DNA from: Chthonomonadales bacterium
GTDB taxonomy: Bacteria; Armatimonadota; Chthonomonadetes; Chthonomonadales; CAJBBX01
Reading direction: 5' to 3'
Length of the DNA: 64,000 nucleotides
Assembly (NCBI GenBank): GCA_038229495.1
Contig: JBBROJ010000009.1
Location: 4,342 to 68,341 of the forward strand
The stretch's first letter is position 1; the number at the start of each line of letters is the position of its first letter. Below the pieces are notes generated by a model. That model was not told where the DNA came from. It did not search any database and worked only from the letters and a program-made list of their open reading frames with translations. The position numbers were made by a program, and so were the translations under genes. Of this stretch, positions 48,091 to 57,294 are shown piece after piece.

Positions 48091-49479
48091 TCAATGAGAA
48101 TAGGCGGGCACTATGCCGGAAACGAGAAAAGCCAGAGACAGCAGCCCCATAAGCCCGAGGACTGCGCCGGTCCCCGCGTCACGATACTTTGCCGGAATAA
48201 GGCTGCGCGCGCCAAGCGCGATAAGTATTGCGAGGGGAAGCATGGCAGGATAGAGATACCTGCCCTGCGCCTGGAAGAACTTCCAGATAAAAGCCCCGAA
48301 ACTGAGCGCCACGAGGATTCCGGCCAGCCAGAACAGCCTTACTACGGCGATCTGCATGGCATTGAGCTCGGCGTGCCGTCGGAAGTGAAGCCGCGTCAAG
48401 CCCGCCAAAGCGGCCGCAAGCATAAGGGCGTAAGGCAGATAAAAGGTGGGCGGCTTCATGAATCTTGGAACACCTGCCGATGCGAGTCCCAGCGGCGTGT
48501 AGGCGCCGAAGGTGGAGCGGAACGTCCAATTGGATACTAGCGACAGATAGCCCGCGCGGTCCATCGGGCCGCTTGGAACCAGGTCTCCTGTCCATAGATC
48601 GGCGGCGCGCGGCGTCCCGATCCAATCGCTTGCCTTGGAGGTGCCCTCGAACTCGTGCATAAACGCCGTGATGGGCGTCAGCTCGTGGTAGAGACGGACG
48701 TTCCGAAGATACCAGAATGCCGTGCAGCAGACAACGAGCGAGACCAGATAGATGGCATTTCGGGCGATGACTGGCGGCGATTCGCCCCCTTGCCACAGAT
48801 AGTAGAGCGACGCCGCGACGACCGGCAGAAGAAGCAGTCCGTTCGCTTTCGTGAGCAGCGCCGCGCCGATGATCAGCCCAAGAGTCGCCGCGCGCCGCGC
48901 CGTGAATCCATTCGTAAACGCGAGCACGATCTGATAGAGGGCCGCCGAAAAGAGCAGCTCCACGAGCGCATCGTTGCCTACGGACGCGTAGACTGCCTGC
49001 CGCATGGGAATCAAGGCCGCTACTCCAGTGGCGAACACCGCCAGAGGCGCATCGTTCGGGAAGAGGCGGCGGGTTGCCATAAAGATAAAGACCAGGGAGC
49101 CCAAGCCGCAGGCAAGCGACAGCCATCGCATCGCGAGCGGTCCGGCGCCGTAGAGCGGCGCGCATAGCGTGTAGTAGAGAGGCGGCTGATGCCACTCGTA
49201 GGTCAGTGCCGCATCGTTCCGGGTTGGCAGCCGCCGCTCCTCCACAAGCGCCTTGACATAGCCGATATGCGCGGATTCGTCCGGCGCGTTGATAAGGCTG
49301 CCGGAGTTGGGGGGGAGCACCGGCGTCGTGTAGAGGTGGCCGAGCGAAAGACCGATGCACCCCGCAAAGATGAAAATCAGAGCCCATCTCCATGCCGAGG
49401 AAAGACTCTGCGTGGGAGGCGGGAGAGGTGAAAGCGGGGGCACATCCGGCGTCAACGGTCTGGCGGATCGACGGCTCAT
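48091..49479 (-). CDS. GT-C fold glycosyltransferase (ArnT/PMT-like, DUF2142-like)
   Basis: APDESAH, QPPLYY, NDAL, QGRYLYP and multiple TM segments. Confidence 0.85.
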   Translation of the reverse strand: MSRRSARPLTPDVPPLSPLPPPTQSLSSAWRWALIFIFAGCIGLSLGHLYTTPVLPPNSGSLINAPDESAHIGYVKALVEERRLPTRNDAALTYEWHQPPLYYTLCAPLYGAGPLAMRWLSLACGLGSLVFIFMATRRLFPNDAPLAVFATGVAALIPMRQAVYASVGNDALVELLFSAALYQIVLAFTNGFTARRAATLGLIIGAALLTKANGLLLLPVVAASLYYLWQGGESPPVIARNAIYLVSLVVCCTAFWYLRNVRLYHELTPITAFMHEFEGTSKASDWIGTPRAADLWTGDLVPSGPMDRAGYLSLVSNWTFRSTFGAYTPLGLASAGVPRFMKPPTFYLPYALMLAAALAGLTRLHFRRHAELNAMQIAVVRLFWLAGILVALSFGAFIWKFFQAQGRYLYPAMLPLAILIALGARSLIPAKYRDAGTGAVLGLMGLLSLAFLVSGIVPAYSH

Positions 49480-51524
49480 TGCGCGCCTCCGGGCTTGAAT
49501 TCGAGCACCACCACGCCTCGCTGTGTAGCTTCGGAGACGAATCCGGCCGCCCCCTCAAGCACGGCGTCACCCAGCAGGCTGCGGAACCGTTCCCCTCCTC
49601 TTTTCGGATCGTACCACTGCAAGAAAAGCTGCCCTATCGTGCCCGTCCCGGACGCCTCCTTGAGCATTTCGCGCCCCCCCGGCTTGTTAGCTTCCTGCGA
49701 AAACTGCAAGTTCACGAGCGCGTAGCGAAAGCCGTGCCGCAGAAACCAGTCCGCCATCTCCCGCCCGTTCGCAAAGGCCGGATAGGGAATATACGTGGAG
49801 TGGAGGCTGTTTCCCCAGAGATAGGGCCGGTCCAGATAGAAGCCGCGCGCCTCCTCGAACAGGACTACGCCAGCATCCTTCGGCGCGTGATGATTCAGCC
49901 AATCGACGGCGAAAAAGTGATTCAATCTCCGTGTCAGGTACTTCTGCCTTGCCTCCTCGCTGACAGCCAGCTCCAACTGACCGGGATCGCTGCCGATGTT
50001 CACGAAGAGCCTGGTTCCAAACTGCATAAGGACAAGCGCGGCCTGCACGAAAATGACCCCGCGGATGAGCCACCGGAAAACCGGTGCGCGCCGCATAGCT
50101 CGGTCGGCCCCCTCCCCTCCCGCCAGAACTAGAAGCGGAATCACGGGGATGATGTAGCGAACGTACTGCATTGTCTGCGACCAGACCATATACCAGGCGA
50201 ACGCCGCCGCTCCCGCCCAGCGCGTGGAGAGTGACAGCAGCGATTTAGGCAGCACGAGTGTAAGCATGGGAAGTGAGAGAAACAAGAAGCCCAGATGGCT
50301 CAACATTCCGGGGTCCTGATAGTCATAGAAGATTCGCGGTACGCTGACGAGCGCGAAGGGAGCGAGCGCAAGGTTGCGGATGCGGTGCAGGACCGTCGGT
50401 GGGTCTTCGTCGGGCCGCATGTTCGCAAGATCGTCGGAGGCGGAGAGCACATTTCGATGCAGCCCGAATCCAACCTGGGTGCCGGAATAGGCGTCTGCCA
50501 GATCCTGGCTCCAGAATTTACCGCCAAAGATTCGATACGCGAAGGGATACACCGGATTGCCGGTGTATAGGGCGGTCTTTACGTAGAACGGGCAGCCGAC
50601 GAGAATGGCAGTGACAAGATACCAGCGCATGTTCTTGAACCGGTAGCCGCCGAACAGAATGAGCATCCCCAGCAGCAAAAAGGGCACTAGGGCCAGCGCC
50701 TTCACCGAAAGTGCGAACCCCATCAGGATGCCGGAGAGCGCAAGCCAGCGAGGATTCACGGTGGCGCGAAACTCCAGAGCGGCCCCGAACGCCAGCACGA
50801 CGTAGAGCGCCATCCCCAGCTCGATATAGGCTGCGCCCGCCTCCCAAATTACAATCGGCGTAGTGGCGAATGCGAGCGCGCCTATCAGACCGGCTTTCGG
50901 CGCGAAATAGCGCCTGCCCAGGAAAAGAATGGCCGCGACCGTCAGCGCACCCAATGCGAAGTGGAACAGATTCGCAAGCGCATAGCCGTGAAACAGAAGG
51001 CCGAGCGTGAAGAGCATCTCCACGAGGAACGGGAAGTTTGAATGATGGTCGGTCGGCAGAAAGAGGATGCGATGGTGCTGCAAGTAGATTTTCGGCGCGG
51101 CCAGGTGATAGGAGAGCGCGTCCCACTCATGGGACGCCGGCGGCACGAAGCAGTTAATGACCGTTATTACCGCGATAAATGCCAGCGCGGCTCCCGCAAG
51201 CAGCATCGGAATCGATCTCGCGTGGCTATTTGGGGTTTCCGATACGTCGCGCGCTCGCGGCTGGAGGTCCAGAATCGTCTCGAGCATCCCGGCCCAGGAA
51301 AGCAGCAGCAGGCCCACGATTCCCGCCACGACCGGCCAGAGCGCGAGAAATCCCAATAGGCCGAGGAAAAGCACTGCGTACGCAATAACGCCCAGCCCCA
51401 GCGCGGTCGAGTAGACCAGCCTGTCGAGCCGGGATTCGGGAACCGTCCCAAGGAGATTGAGGATTCGCCTTCCGGCAGACGCGGCGATGAGCAGCGCAAG
51501 GACGAGCAGCAGAAGCGCCATCAT
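49476..51524 (-). CDS. GT-C fold membrane glycosyltransferase-like protein
   Basis: WDALSYHL, GNPVYP, RYIIP and many TM segments. Confidence 0.8.
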   Translation of the reverse strand: MMALLLLVLALLIAASAGRRILNLLGTVPESRLDRLVYSTALGLGVIAYAVLFLGLLGFLALWPVVAGIVGLLLLSWAGMLETILDLQPRARDVSETPNSHARSIPMLLAGAALAFIAVITVINCFVPPASHEWDALSYHLAAPKIYLQHHRILFLPTDHHSNFPFLVEMLFTLGLLFHGYALANLFHFALGALTVAAILFLGRRYFAPKAGLIGALAFATTPIVIWEAGAAYIELGMALYVVLAFGAALEFRATVNPRWLALSGILMGFALSVKALALVPFLLLGMLILFGGYRFKNMRWYLVTAILVGCPFYVKTALYTGNPVYPFAYRIFGGKFWSQDLADAYSGTQVGFGLHRNVLSASDDLANMRPDEDPPTVLHRIRNLALAPFALVSVPRIFYDYQDPGMLSHLGFLFLSLPMLTLVLPKSLLSLSTRWAGAAAFAWYMVWSQTMQYVRYIIPVIPLLVLAGGEGADRAMRRAPVFRWLIRGVIFVQAALVLMQFGTRLFVNIGSDPGQLELAVSEEARQKYLTRRLNHFFAVDWLNHHAPKDAGVVLFEEARGFYLDRPYLWGNSLHSTYIPYPAFANGREMADWFLRHGFRYALVNLQFSQEANKPGGREMLKEASGTGTIGQLFLQWYDPKRGGERFRSLLGDAVLEGAAGFVSEATQRGVVVLEFKPGGAQ

Positions 51525-52264
51525 AATGATTCAATCATTGCCGTGAACGCCGGCCTCCCCTCTCCCATTCGCGCTGTTATCGTACCGAGATACCTGCCCC
51601 ACCACCCGGCCTGTACGATGAACGTATCCCCCACCGTTTCGCCCGTCTCCAACACAGCGTGCGTGTGCCCGCCTATAATGAGGTCGATTCCAGGAATACG
51701 CTCCGCCATCTCCTGGTCGCGCGCCAATCCTATATGGCTAAGGCAGATCAGCAGGTCGCAATTTTTTCGCAGCTTTGGGACGAGCGAATCGGCGGTCTTC
51801 AACGGATCGTCGAACACGTACGAAGAGACCTTTCGCGAAAGCATGTGCTCCGTGATCATTGGTACGGTAAGGCCGAAGACGGTCACGCGAGCGCCGCCCA
51901 CGATTCTTTGGATATACGGAACCACCGGCAGCTTCGTCTCGGAGCCGTTGGATCGCGCTGCCCGAACGTTGGCGCACAGAATCGGAAACCGCGCCCGCGA
52001 CACCTTCGCGCGGAAGCCGGCATGTGAAAAGTGGAACTCCCTATTCCCGACCGTCATTGCGTCATAGCCCGCGTCGGACATCAGGTCAAGAATTGGCTCC
52101 CCGCCCGGCTTGTACGCAATATTGCCCGACGAAATGGCGTCTCCCGCATCAAGCAGCAGCCCCGATTCGCCCAGCGCCTCGCGCCGGTCCTTCAGCCTGA
52201 CTGCCTGCGTCTCGGATAGATGGTTGTGAAAATCGTTCGTATGGAGGATAGTAATGGTGGGCAT
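51521..52264 (-). CDS. Metallophosphoesterase (5'-nucleotidase N-terminal domain, YunD-like)
   Basis: HTNDFH, LDAGD, GNREF, LSHIG, GGHTH. Confidence 0.9.
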   Translation of the reverse strand: MPTITILHTNDFHNHLSETQAVRLKDRREALGESGLLLDAGDAISSGNIAYKPGGEPILDLMSDAGYDAMTVGNREFHFSHAGFRAKVSRARFPILCANVRAARSNGSETKLPVVPYIQRIVGGARVTVFGLTVPMITEHMLSRKVSSYVFDDPLKTADSLVPKLRKNCDLLICLSHIGLARDQEMAERIPGIDLIIGGHTHAVLETGETVGDTFIVQAGWWGRYLGTITARMGEGRPAFTAMIESL

Positions 52265-52301
52265 GAGGTGAGCAATCTGCACATCGCTATTTGCTTCGCT
52301 G

Positions 52302-52751
52302 TCAGGGTTCCACGGTATCGGCGTGGATATCAACGAGCGTTTGGGTAAGCAGGCCCCGATGAAGGTGGCTGAAGTCGCCGTCGGCCGTAACGAGTTCGAA
52401 TCCGGTTACATGAGCAGTTGCTGCAATCCAAACGTCGTTCTTTCCCATGTTCAAGCCACTGCTCTTGCTGTACGCATCGATTGCAGCGTAGGCTTCCATG
52501 ACATCGGGCGTGTCGATAGGTATACGGCGGAAGTATTCCAAAAGAAACCGCATTCTCTTGACCTTATCCGCGCCCCAGTTGAACTGATAGGCGAGTGAAC
52601 GTATCTCTCCTTCGGTGACAATGCAGAAAGCCGGGGTGACGTCGGTCATGAGAAGCTGGCGATTCTCTTTCAGGCGCTTGCCTACACGATCGTCGCGTAT
52701 GAGTTGAACGAAGATATTGGTATCCAAAAGGTCGGGAACGCGGGCAGCCAC
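52302..52751 (-). CDS. VapC-family PIN toxin
   Basis: LDTNIF, EGEI, GKNDVWIAATA, TADGDF. The acidic tetrad appears intact. Confidence 0.92.
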   Translation of the reverse strand: MAARVPDLLDTNIFVQLIRDDRVGKRLKENRQLLMTDVTPAFCIVTEGEIRSLAYQFNWGADKVKRMRFLLEYFRRIPIDTPDVMEAYAAIDAYSKSSGLNMGKNDVWIAATAHVTGFELVTADGDFSHLHRGLLTQTLVDIHADTVEP

Positions 52752-53101
52752 TAAGAGAGTTCCCTCAGCGCTGCTTCTATCTGCTAGTCCGTTTCGTTAC
52801 CCGGCCATTGAGCTGAAACTACGTCAGAAAGCGTCTTGCCGGCCGGAACAGTCCGCTTTGGCTGGTAGTCTCGCATGGCGCGAGCCTGGGCTTTGGCAAT
52901 CTGTTCGGGAGAGCGATGGGTCATCACGTCCAGGGCTCGCCCCAGCATCATAGATTGTGATTTTTCACCCACGGCTTTCGACGTCTTGATATTCAGTTGT
53001 ATTTCGTCGCCCGGATGTATGCCAAGCTTCTCAACAGCTTCTTGCGGAATGGTCAGTGAACGGTCGTCACTCAATTTTGCAGCAAAGGTGATTCCTGCCA
53101 T
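52751..53101 (-). CDS. AbrB/MazE-type antitoxin with an in-frame TAG at 52784-52786
   Basis: LTIPQEAVEKLGIHPGDEI and WPGNETD*QIEAALRELS*. The second TAG overlaps the toxin GTG. Confidence 0.85.
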
Positions 53102-53177
53102 GCGTCTTCACCTCCCCAAAACGTTCTTTCCTTGCAATCACGTATACATAGCTTCATACGCCAGGACAAGCTCAAAT

Positions 53178-53741
53178 CTATGGCGGATATTCTTGCTGCA
53201 AAAGCCGCGCTAAATACTGCGTTACCGCGTCGTTCCATTTGCCCTGCGCCTTGAGGATGGTGTCACAGACCTCGCGCACAGCGCCGCTTCCGCCCGGCCG
53301 CTCCGTCACGAAGTCCGCGATGGCCTTGATCTCGCCGATTGCATTCGCGGGGGCGAACTTTACGCCCGCGAGGGAGAAGGCGGGCAGGTCGTTCAGGTCG
53401 TCGCCAATATATGCAATGTTCGCCTGCGTGAGCGCGTAGCGGCCCAACAGCTCTGCCAGCGCCACGGACTTATTTTTCGTGTTCTGGTAGAGGTGGGTAA
53501 CTCCCAACTCGTCAGCACGTTTTGCAACCGCCTCACTGCCGCGCCCGCTTATCCAGGCGACCGGAATGCCGGAGTAGATCACAAGCTGCACGCCCAACCC
53601 GTCGGCGACGTTGAACCGCTTCGTCTCGGTCCCATCCGCATGGACGATGATCCCGCCGTCCGTCAGCACGCCATCGACGTCCATTGCGAGCAGCCGAACT
53701 GCCATCAGACTGGACTGCACGGACGATTCGCTATCACTCAT
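53178..53741 (-). CDS. kdsC: KDO 8-phosphate phosphatase (HAD family)
   Basis: MDVDGVLTDG, FNVADGLG, YIGDDLND, GGSGAVREVCD. Confidence 0.92.
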   Translation of the reverse strand: MSDSESSVQSSLMAVRLLAMDVDGVLTDGGIIVHADGTETKRFNVADGLGVQLVIYSGIPVAWISGRGSEAVAKRADELGVTHLYQNTKNKSVALAELLGRYALTQANIAYIGDDLNDLPAFSLAGVKFAPANAIGEIKAIADFVTERPGGSGAVREVCDTILKAQGKWNDAVTQYLARLLQQEYPP

Positions 53742-53774
53742 CCTGCCACGCCCCACGAACAATCGAAAAGATCC

Positions 53775-53838
53775 GCCATTATTAACGTAATGAACATTAT
53801 CAGGTCAGTCTCATATTGTTCATTACGTTAATAATGGC
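53775..53838. repeat. AT-rich palindromic element, copy 2
   Basis: Perfect 22-bp IR GCCATTATTAACGTAATGAACA / TGTTCATTACGTTAATAATGGC. Confidence 0.85.
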
Positions 53839-53849
53839 TGATTTCCAGG

Positions 53850-54365
53850 CTACTTGAGATATTCAGGCGGCACCGGCGAGCTGTCCGTCACCTCGGAAAT
53901 CACTTTCCACTGGCCGTTTTTCCGGTAGAGCGTGAGCGTGCCGAGATGATCGCCCTCCTTTTCGGTCTTCCCTCGGCGAATGAGGAACGTCAAACCCGCG
54001 GTATTCGCGCCGACAAATTGAATCGAGGCCTCTTCAAAGATTCCAATTACGCTCTTGACGATCTCTTTGCGGTCCTCATCGGCTGTCTTCGAAGCCTTCA
54101 TCCGCTCCTCAAATCCGGCAAGCAGCGCCCGCGCGGACTTTTCATCGCGAGTCTGTATCACGCCGTCCCGCACGACGCTGAGAGGCATGCGAGCGACTTT
54201 TAGGTGCTCGTCCGCTTCGCCCAGAATAGTGGTCACATAGTATTGGAAAGCCGCGCGGCGGACCTGTCCCTCCACGTCGTCCGCCGCTTTCTTCCCCTGG
54301 GCCCAGGCCGCCGCTCCCAGCACGCAGAGAAGCAGCGCGCCCGCTGCCGCTATCCACATTCGCAT
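53850..54365 (-). CDS. Secreted hypothetical protein, possibly NTF2-like
   Basis: GGAG RBS, signal peptide MRMWIAAAGALLLCVLGAAAWA, and C-terminal LYRKNGQWKVI. Confidence 0.75.
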   Translation of the reverse strand: MRMWIAAAGALLLCVLGAAAWAQGKKAADDVEGQVRRAAFQYYVTTILGEADEHLKVARMPLSVVRDGVIQTRDEKSARALLAGFEERMKASKTADEDRKEIVKSVIGIFEEASIQFVGANTAGLTFLIRRGKTEKEGDHLGTLTLYRKNGQWKVISEVTDSSPVPPEYLK

Positions 54366-54534
54366 GTTTATTTTCCTCTCCGAAATTGGCTGTCCGGCGT
54401 GTTCGCCTGTATCGCGTGAAGTATCGCATATCGCGTGCCGCCTGTCAAATGCCTGTGAGCCAAGACAGAGTGCGTCTGCGGTCACTTCTGGTATTCTATG
54501 ACAGGTTTCAAAGCGACCGTAACAGGAGGATACG

Positions 54535-55530
54535 ATGGCTTACGACGTATTCGGAATGTGCAATGCACTATATGATATTCAGGCGGAGGTGGGGGACGAT
54601 CTTCTTGGCGAGCTCAAGAGTTTCGGCGTCGAGAAGGGCGGTATGTTTCTGATTGATGAAGACCAGCAGAGAGAAATAGTATCGCGTCTTTATACCCACC
54701 TCGTAAATGCCGAGCCGGGCGGCTCCGGCGCGAACACGATGATCGGGCTCGCGCAGCTTGGCGGTACCGGTTGTTACACGAGCCGCGTGGGAGGCGACGA
54801 GCACGGAAACCTCTATCGGCAGAAGCTGGCTGAGCGCGGCATCAAGCCGAATCTTGGCGTCGCGGACGGAGATACCGGAATCTGCGTGGTGCTGGTGAGC
54901 CCGGACGCGCAGCGGACCATGTGCACCTACCTGGGGCTGTCCAGAAATCTCCAGCCGGAGGACGTTAATCTGAATGATTTGCAGGCCAGCAAATATATCT
55001 ATGTGACCGGCTATCTCTGGGATACGGACAACCAGAAGGAGACGGTCCTGCTGGCGATGCGCGAGGCGAACCGGGCCGGGGTTAAGGTTGCCCTCAGCCT
55101 ATCCGACCCCTTTTGCGTAAACCGGCATAAGGACGATTTCAAGCGAATCCTGCGCGACCACACCGACGTCCTGTTCGGCAACTATCATGAAGCGCAGGCG
55201 CTGACAGATACGGATACGCCATACGAGGCTGTGCGGGCATTGGCCGCGCGCTGCGAAGTGGCCGTTGTAACAATGGATGATAAAGGCTCGCTGATCCAGG
55301 CGGGAGACCGCTTGTATGAGATTCCCGTCTATCCAGTGAAGGCGGTCGACACGACCGGGGCCGGGGATATGTATGCGGCGGGTCTGCTCTATGGCCTAAC
55401 GCAGGGACTCCCGCTAGATGTGACCGGCCGAATCGCCGCCTATGCCGCCGCGCAGGTCGTCGCGAAGCTCGGTCCTCGTTTGAATGGGATTGATGGGCCG
55501 GCGATCGACGGCATCAAACGGGCAATCTAA
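54535..55530 (+). CDS. PfkB family kinase (adenosine kinase-like)
   Basis: Reads ATG GCT TAC GAC on the + strand after AGGAGG and ends with TAA at 55530. Motifs GGSGANT and DTTGAGDMYAAG. The ORF track's '-' label is wrong. Confidence 0.95.
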   Translation: MAYDVFGMCNALYDIQAEVGDDLLGELKSFGVEKGGMFLIDEDQQREIVSRLYTHLVNAEPGGSGANTMIGLAQLGGTGCYTSRVGGDEHGNLYRQKLAERGIKPNLGVADGDTGICVVLVSPDAQRTMCTYLGLSRNLQPEDVNLNDLQASKYIYVTGYLWDTDNQKETVLLAMREANRAGVKVALSLSDPFCVNRHKDDFKRILRDHTDVLFGNYHEAQALTDTDTPYEAVRALAARCEVAVVTMDDKGSLIQAGDRLYEIPVYPVKAVDTTGAGDMYAAGLLYGLTQGLPLDVTGRIAAYAAAQVVAKLGPRLNGIDGPAIDGIKRAI

Positions 55531-55542
55531 GGGAGATTTATT

Positions 55543-56580
55543 GTGATGGAGCGCGTGATTATACAGATTCTGCGGTCGATGTTCATTTGCCTCGCGATGT
55601 TTGCCGCCGCGTGCGCGTCGGCGTCCGAACCTTGGCTCACGATTCCGGGCGGCAAGGGGCCGGGCAAAGGCAAGACGGTGGTGTTGATTGCCGCGGACGA
55701 GGAGTATCGCTCGGAGGAGACGCTCCCGCAGCTCGCCCGGATTCTGGCGAAGCGGCATGGATTCAACTGCATCGTCCTGTTCGGCATCGATCCGAAAGAC
55801 GGTACGATTTGTCCGAACGTTACGAACAACATTCCCGGCCTGGAGAATCTGAAGAAGGCGGATTTGCTGATTATGCTCGTCCGGTGGCGCGACCTGCCGG
55901 ACGACCAGATAAAGCAGATAGTGGATTACGCGGAGAACGGGAAGCCGATCATTGGAATGCGAACCGCGACCCATCCTTTCGCGCTGAAGAGCGGCCCGTA
56001 CCTGAAGTATTCGTGGAACAGCAAAGTGCCGGATTACGAAGGCGGGTTTGGGCGGCAGGTATTTGGCGAGACATGGATTGCGCACCACGGTGAGCACGGC
56101 AAAGAGGGTACGCGTGGCATCATCGCTGCCGGCCAGGAGGCCCACCCGATTCTGAGAGGAGTCGCGCCGGGCTCTATCTTCGGGTCGACCGACGTGTATG
56201 AGGTACGGCTTCCGCTGCCCGACGACAGCCTGCCACTGGTCCTGGGCGAGGTGACGGAGACGCTCGAAAGCGATTCCAAGCCGGTCACCGGGCCGAAGAA
56301 CAGCCCGATGATGCCTGTAGCCTGGACAAAGACGTATCGGGGCTCGTCCGGCAATGCCGGACGCGTCTTTATGACAACGATGGGGTCCGCGCAGGACTTT
56401 GCCTATGAAGGCACGCGCCGCTTGCTCGTGAACGCGGTCTATTGGACGCTTGGCATGGAGAGCAGAATTCCGGCGAAGACAAGCGTGGGCTTCGTGGGTG
56501 AATTCAATCCGAGTCCGTTCCATTTCCGCAAAATGGAGGATTGGAAGCCCGGCGTCAAGCCTTCGGACCTGGCCCGCTAG
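55543..56580 (+). CDS. Secreted ThuA-like domain protein
   Basis: IAADEEYRSEETLPQLA, GMRTATHPF, MMPVAWT, GRVFMTTMG. Confidence 0.85.
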   Translation: MMERVIIQILRSMFICLAMFAAACASASEPWLTIPGGKGPGKGKTVVLIAADEEYRSEETLPQLARILAKRHGFNCIVLFGIDPKDGTICPNVTNNIPGLENLKKADLLIMLVRWRDLPDDQIKQIVDYAENGKPIIGMRTATHPFALKSGPYLKYSWNSKVPDYEGGFGRQVFGETWIAHHGEHGKEGTRGIIAAGQEAHPILRGVAPGSIFGSTDVYEVRLPLPDDSLPLVLGEVTETLESDSKPVTGPKNSPMMPVAWTKTYRGSSGNAGRVFMTTMGSAQDFAYEGTRRLLVNAVYWTLGMESRIPAKTSVGFVGEFNPSPFHFRKMEDWKPGVKPSDLAR

Positions 56581-56682
56581 GTCCCGCAGTTTAGAATCGG
56601 ACACAGTCGCCGCGAGCCGACTTTGCATAGACAGCCACGGACTTGAGTCCGTGGATCACGGTGGAGAGCTGGAGAATCGCGC

Positions 56683-57147
56683 ATGAGCGAGCATCTGGTC
56701 GAGACGTGGGTAATTCACAACCGAATCAATCTCTACATGCTGAACGCGCTATGTGACGATGCAATAGAGGCCGCTCTCAACCCGAAAAGCCGAAGCGTCT
56801 ATGCCCTCTTCGCGCATATCCACAACGTGCGGCTATTGTGGCTGAAGGCGTCCGCGCCCGATCTGGTGGAGGGGCAGGAAAAGCTGAAAACGAAGCCCGC
56901 CGGAACGAAGGCGCAGCTCATGCAGGCATTGTCGGATTCCGGCGCGACTATCGAGGCTCTCCTGCGCAGATCGATTGCATCGGACGGCAAAATCAAGGGA
57001 TTCAAGCCGCACGCCACCGCATTCACAGGTTATCTCATCTCCCATGAATCCCATCATCGTGGACAGGCCGAGTGGGCGCTTCGATTCTCCGGCTATCCGT
57101 TGCCGGACAATATCTCGTACGGTATTTGGGAATGGGGCGTTCGGTAG
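56683..57147 (+). CDS. DinB family protein
   Basis: FAHIHNVR and ISHESHHRGQ histidine motifs. Confidence 0.9.
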   Translation: MSEHLVETWVIHNRINLYMLNALCDDAIEAALNPKSRSVYALFAHIHNVRLLWLKASAPDLVEGQEKLKTKPAGTKAQLMQALSDSGATIEALLRRSIASDGKIKGFKPHATAFTGYLISHESHHRGQAEWALRFSGYPLPDNISYGIWEWGVR

Positions 57148-57294
57148 GCCGGCCTTCGGTATAACCAGGCGGAGGATTGGGAAGATTAACGCGAATTAGC
57201 GGGGATTTAATCACAAATTAAGGAGCGTATTGTAGAATGTCTTGCTAAGAATTTCCGCCACAATGGGTTCGCCCGCCCAAGAGAGGACCTCTCG

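Noticed and set aside
54535-55530. ORF track lists the PfkB kinase on the minus strand
   Set aside because: The + strand reads AGGAGG...ATGGCTTACGAC (MAYD) at 54535 and ends with TAA at 55530, so the gene is on +.
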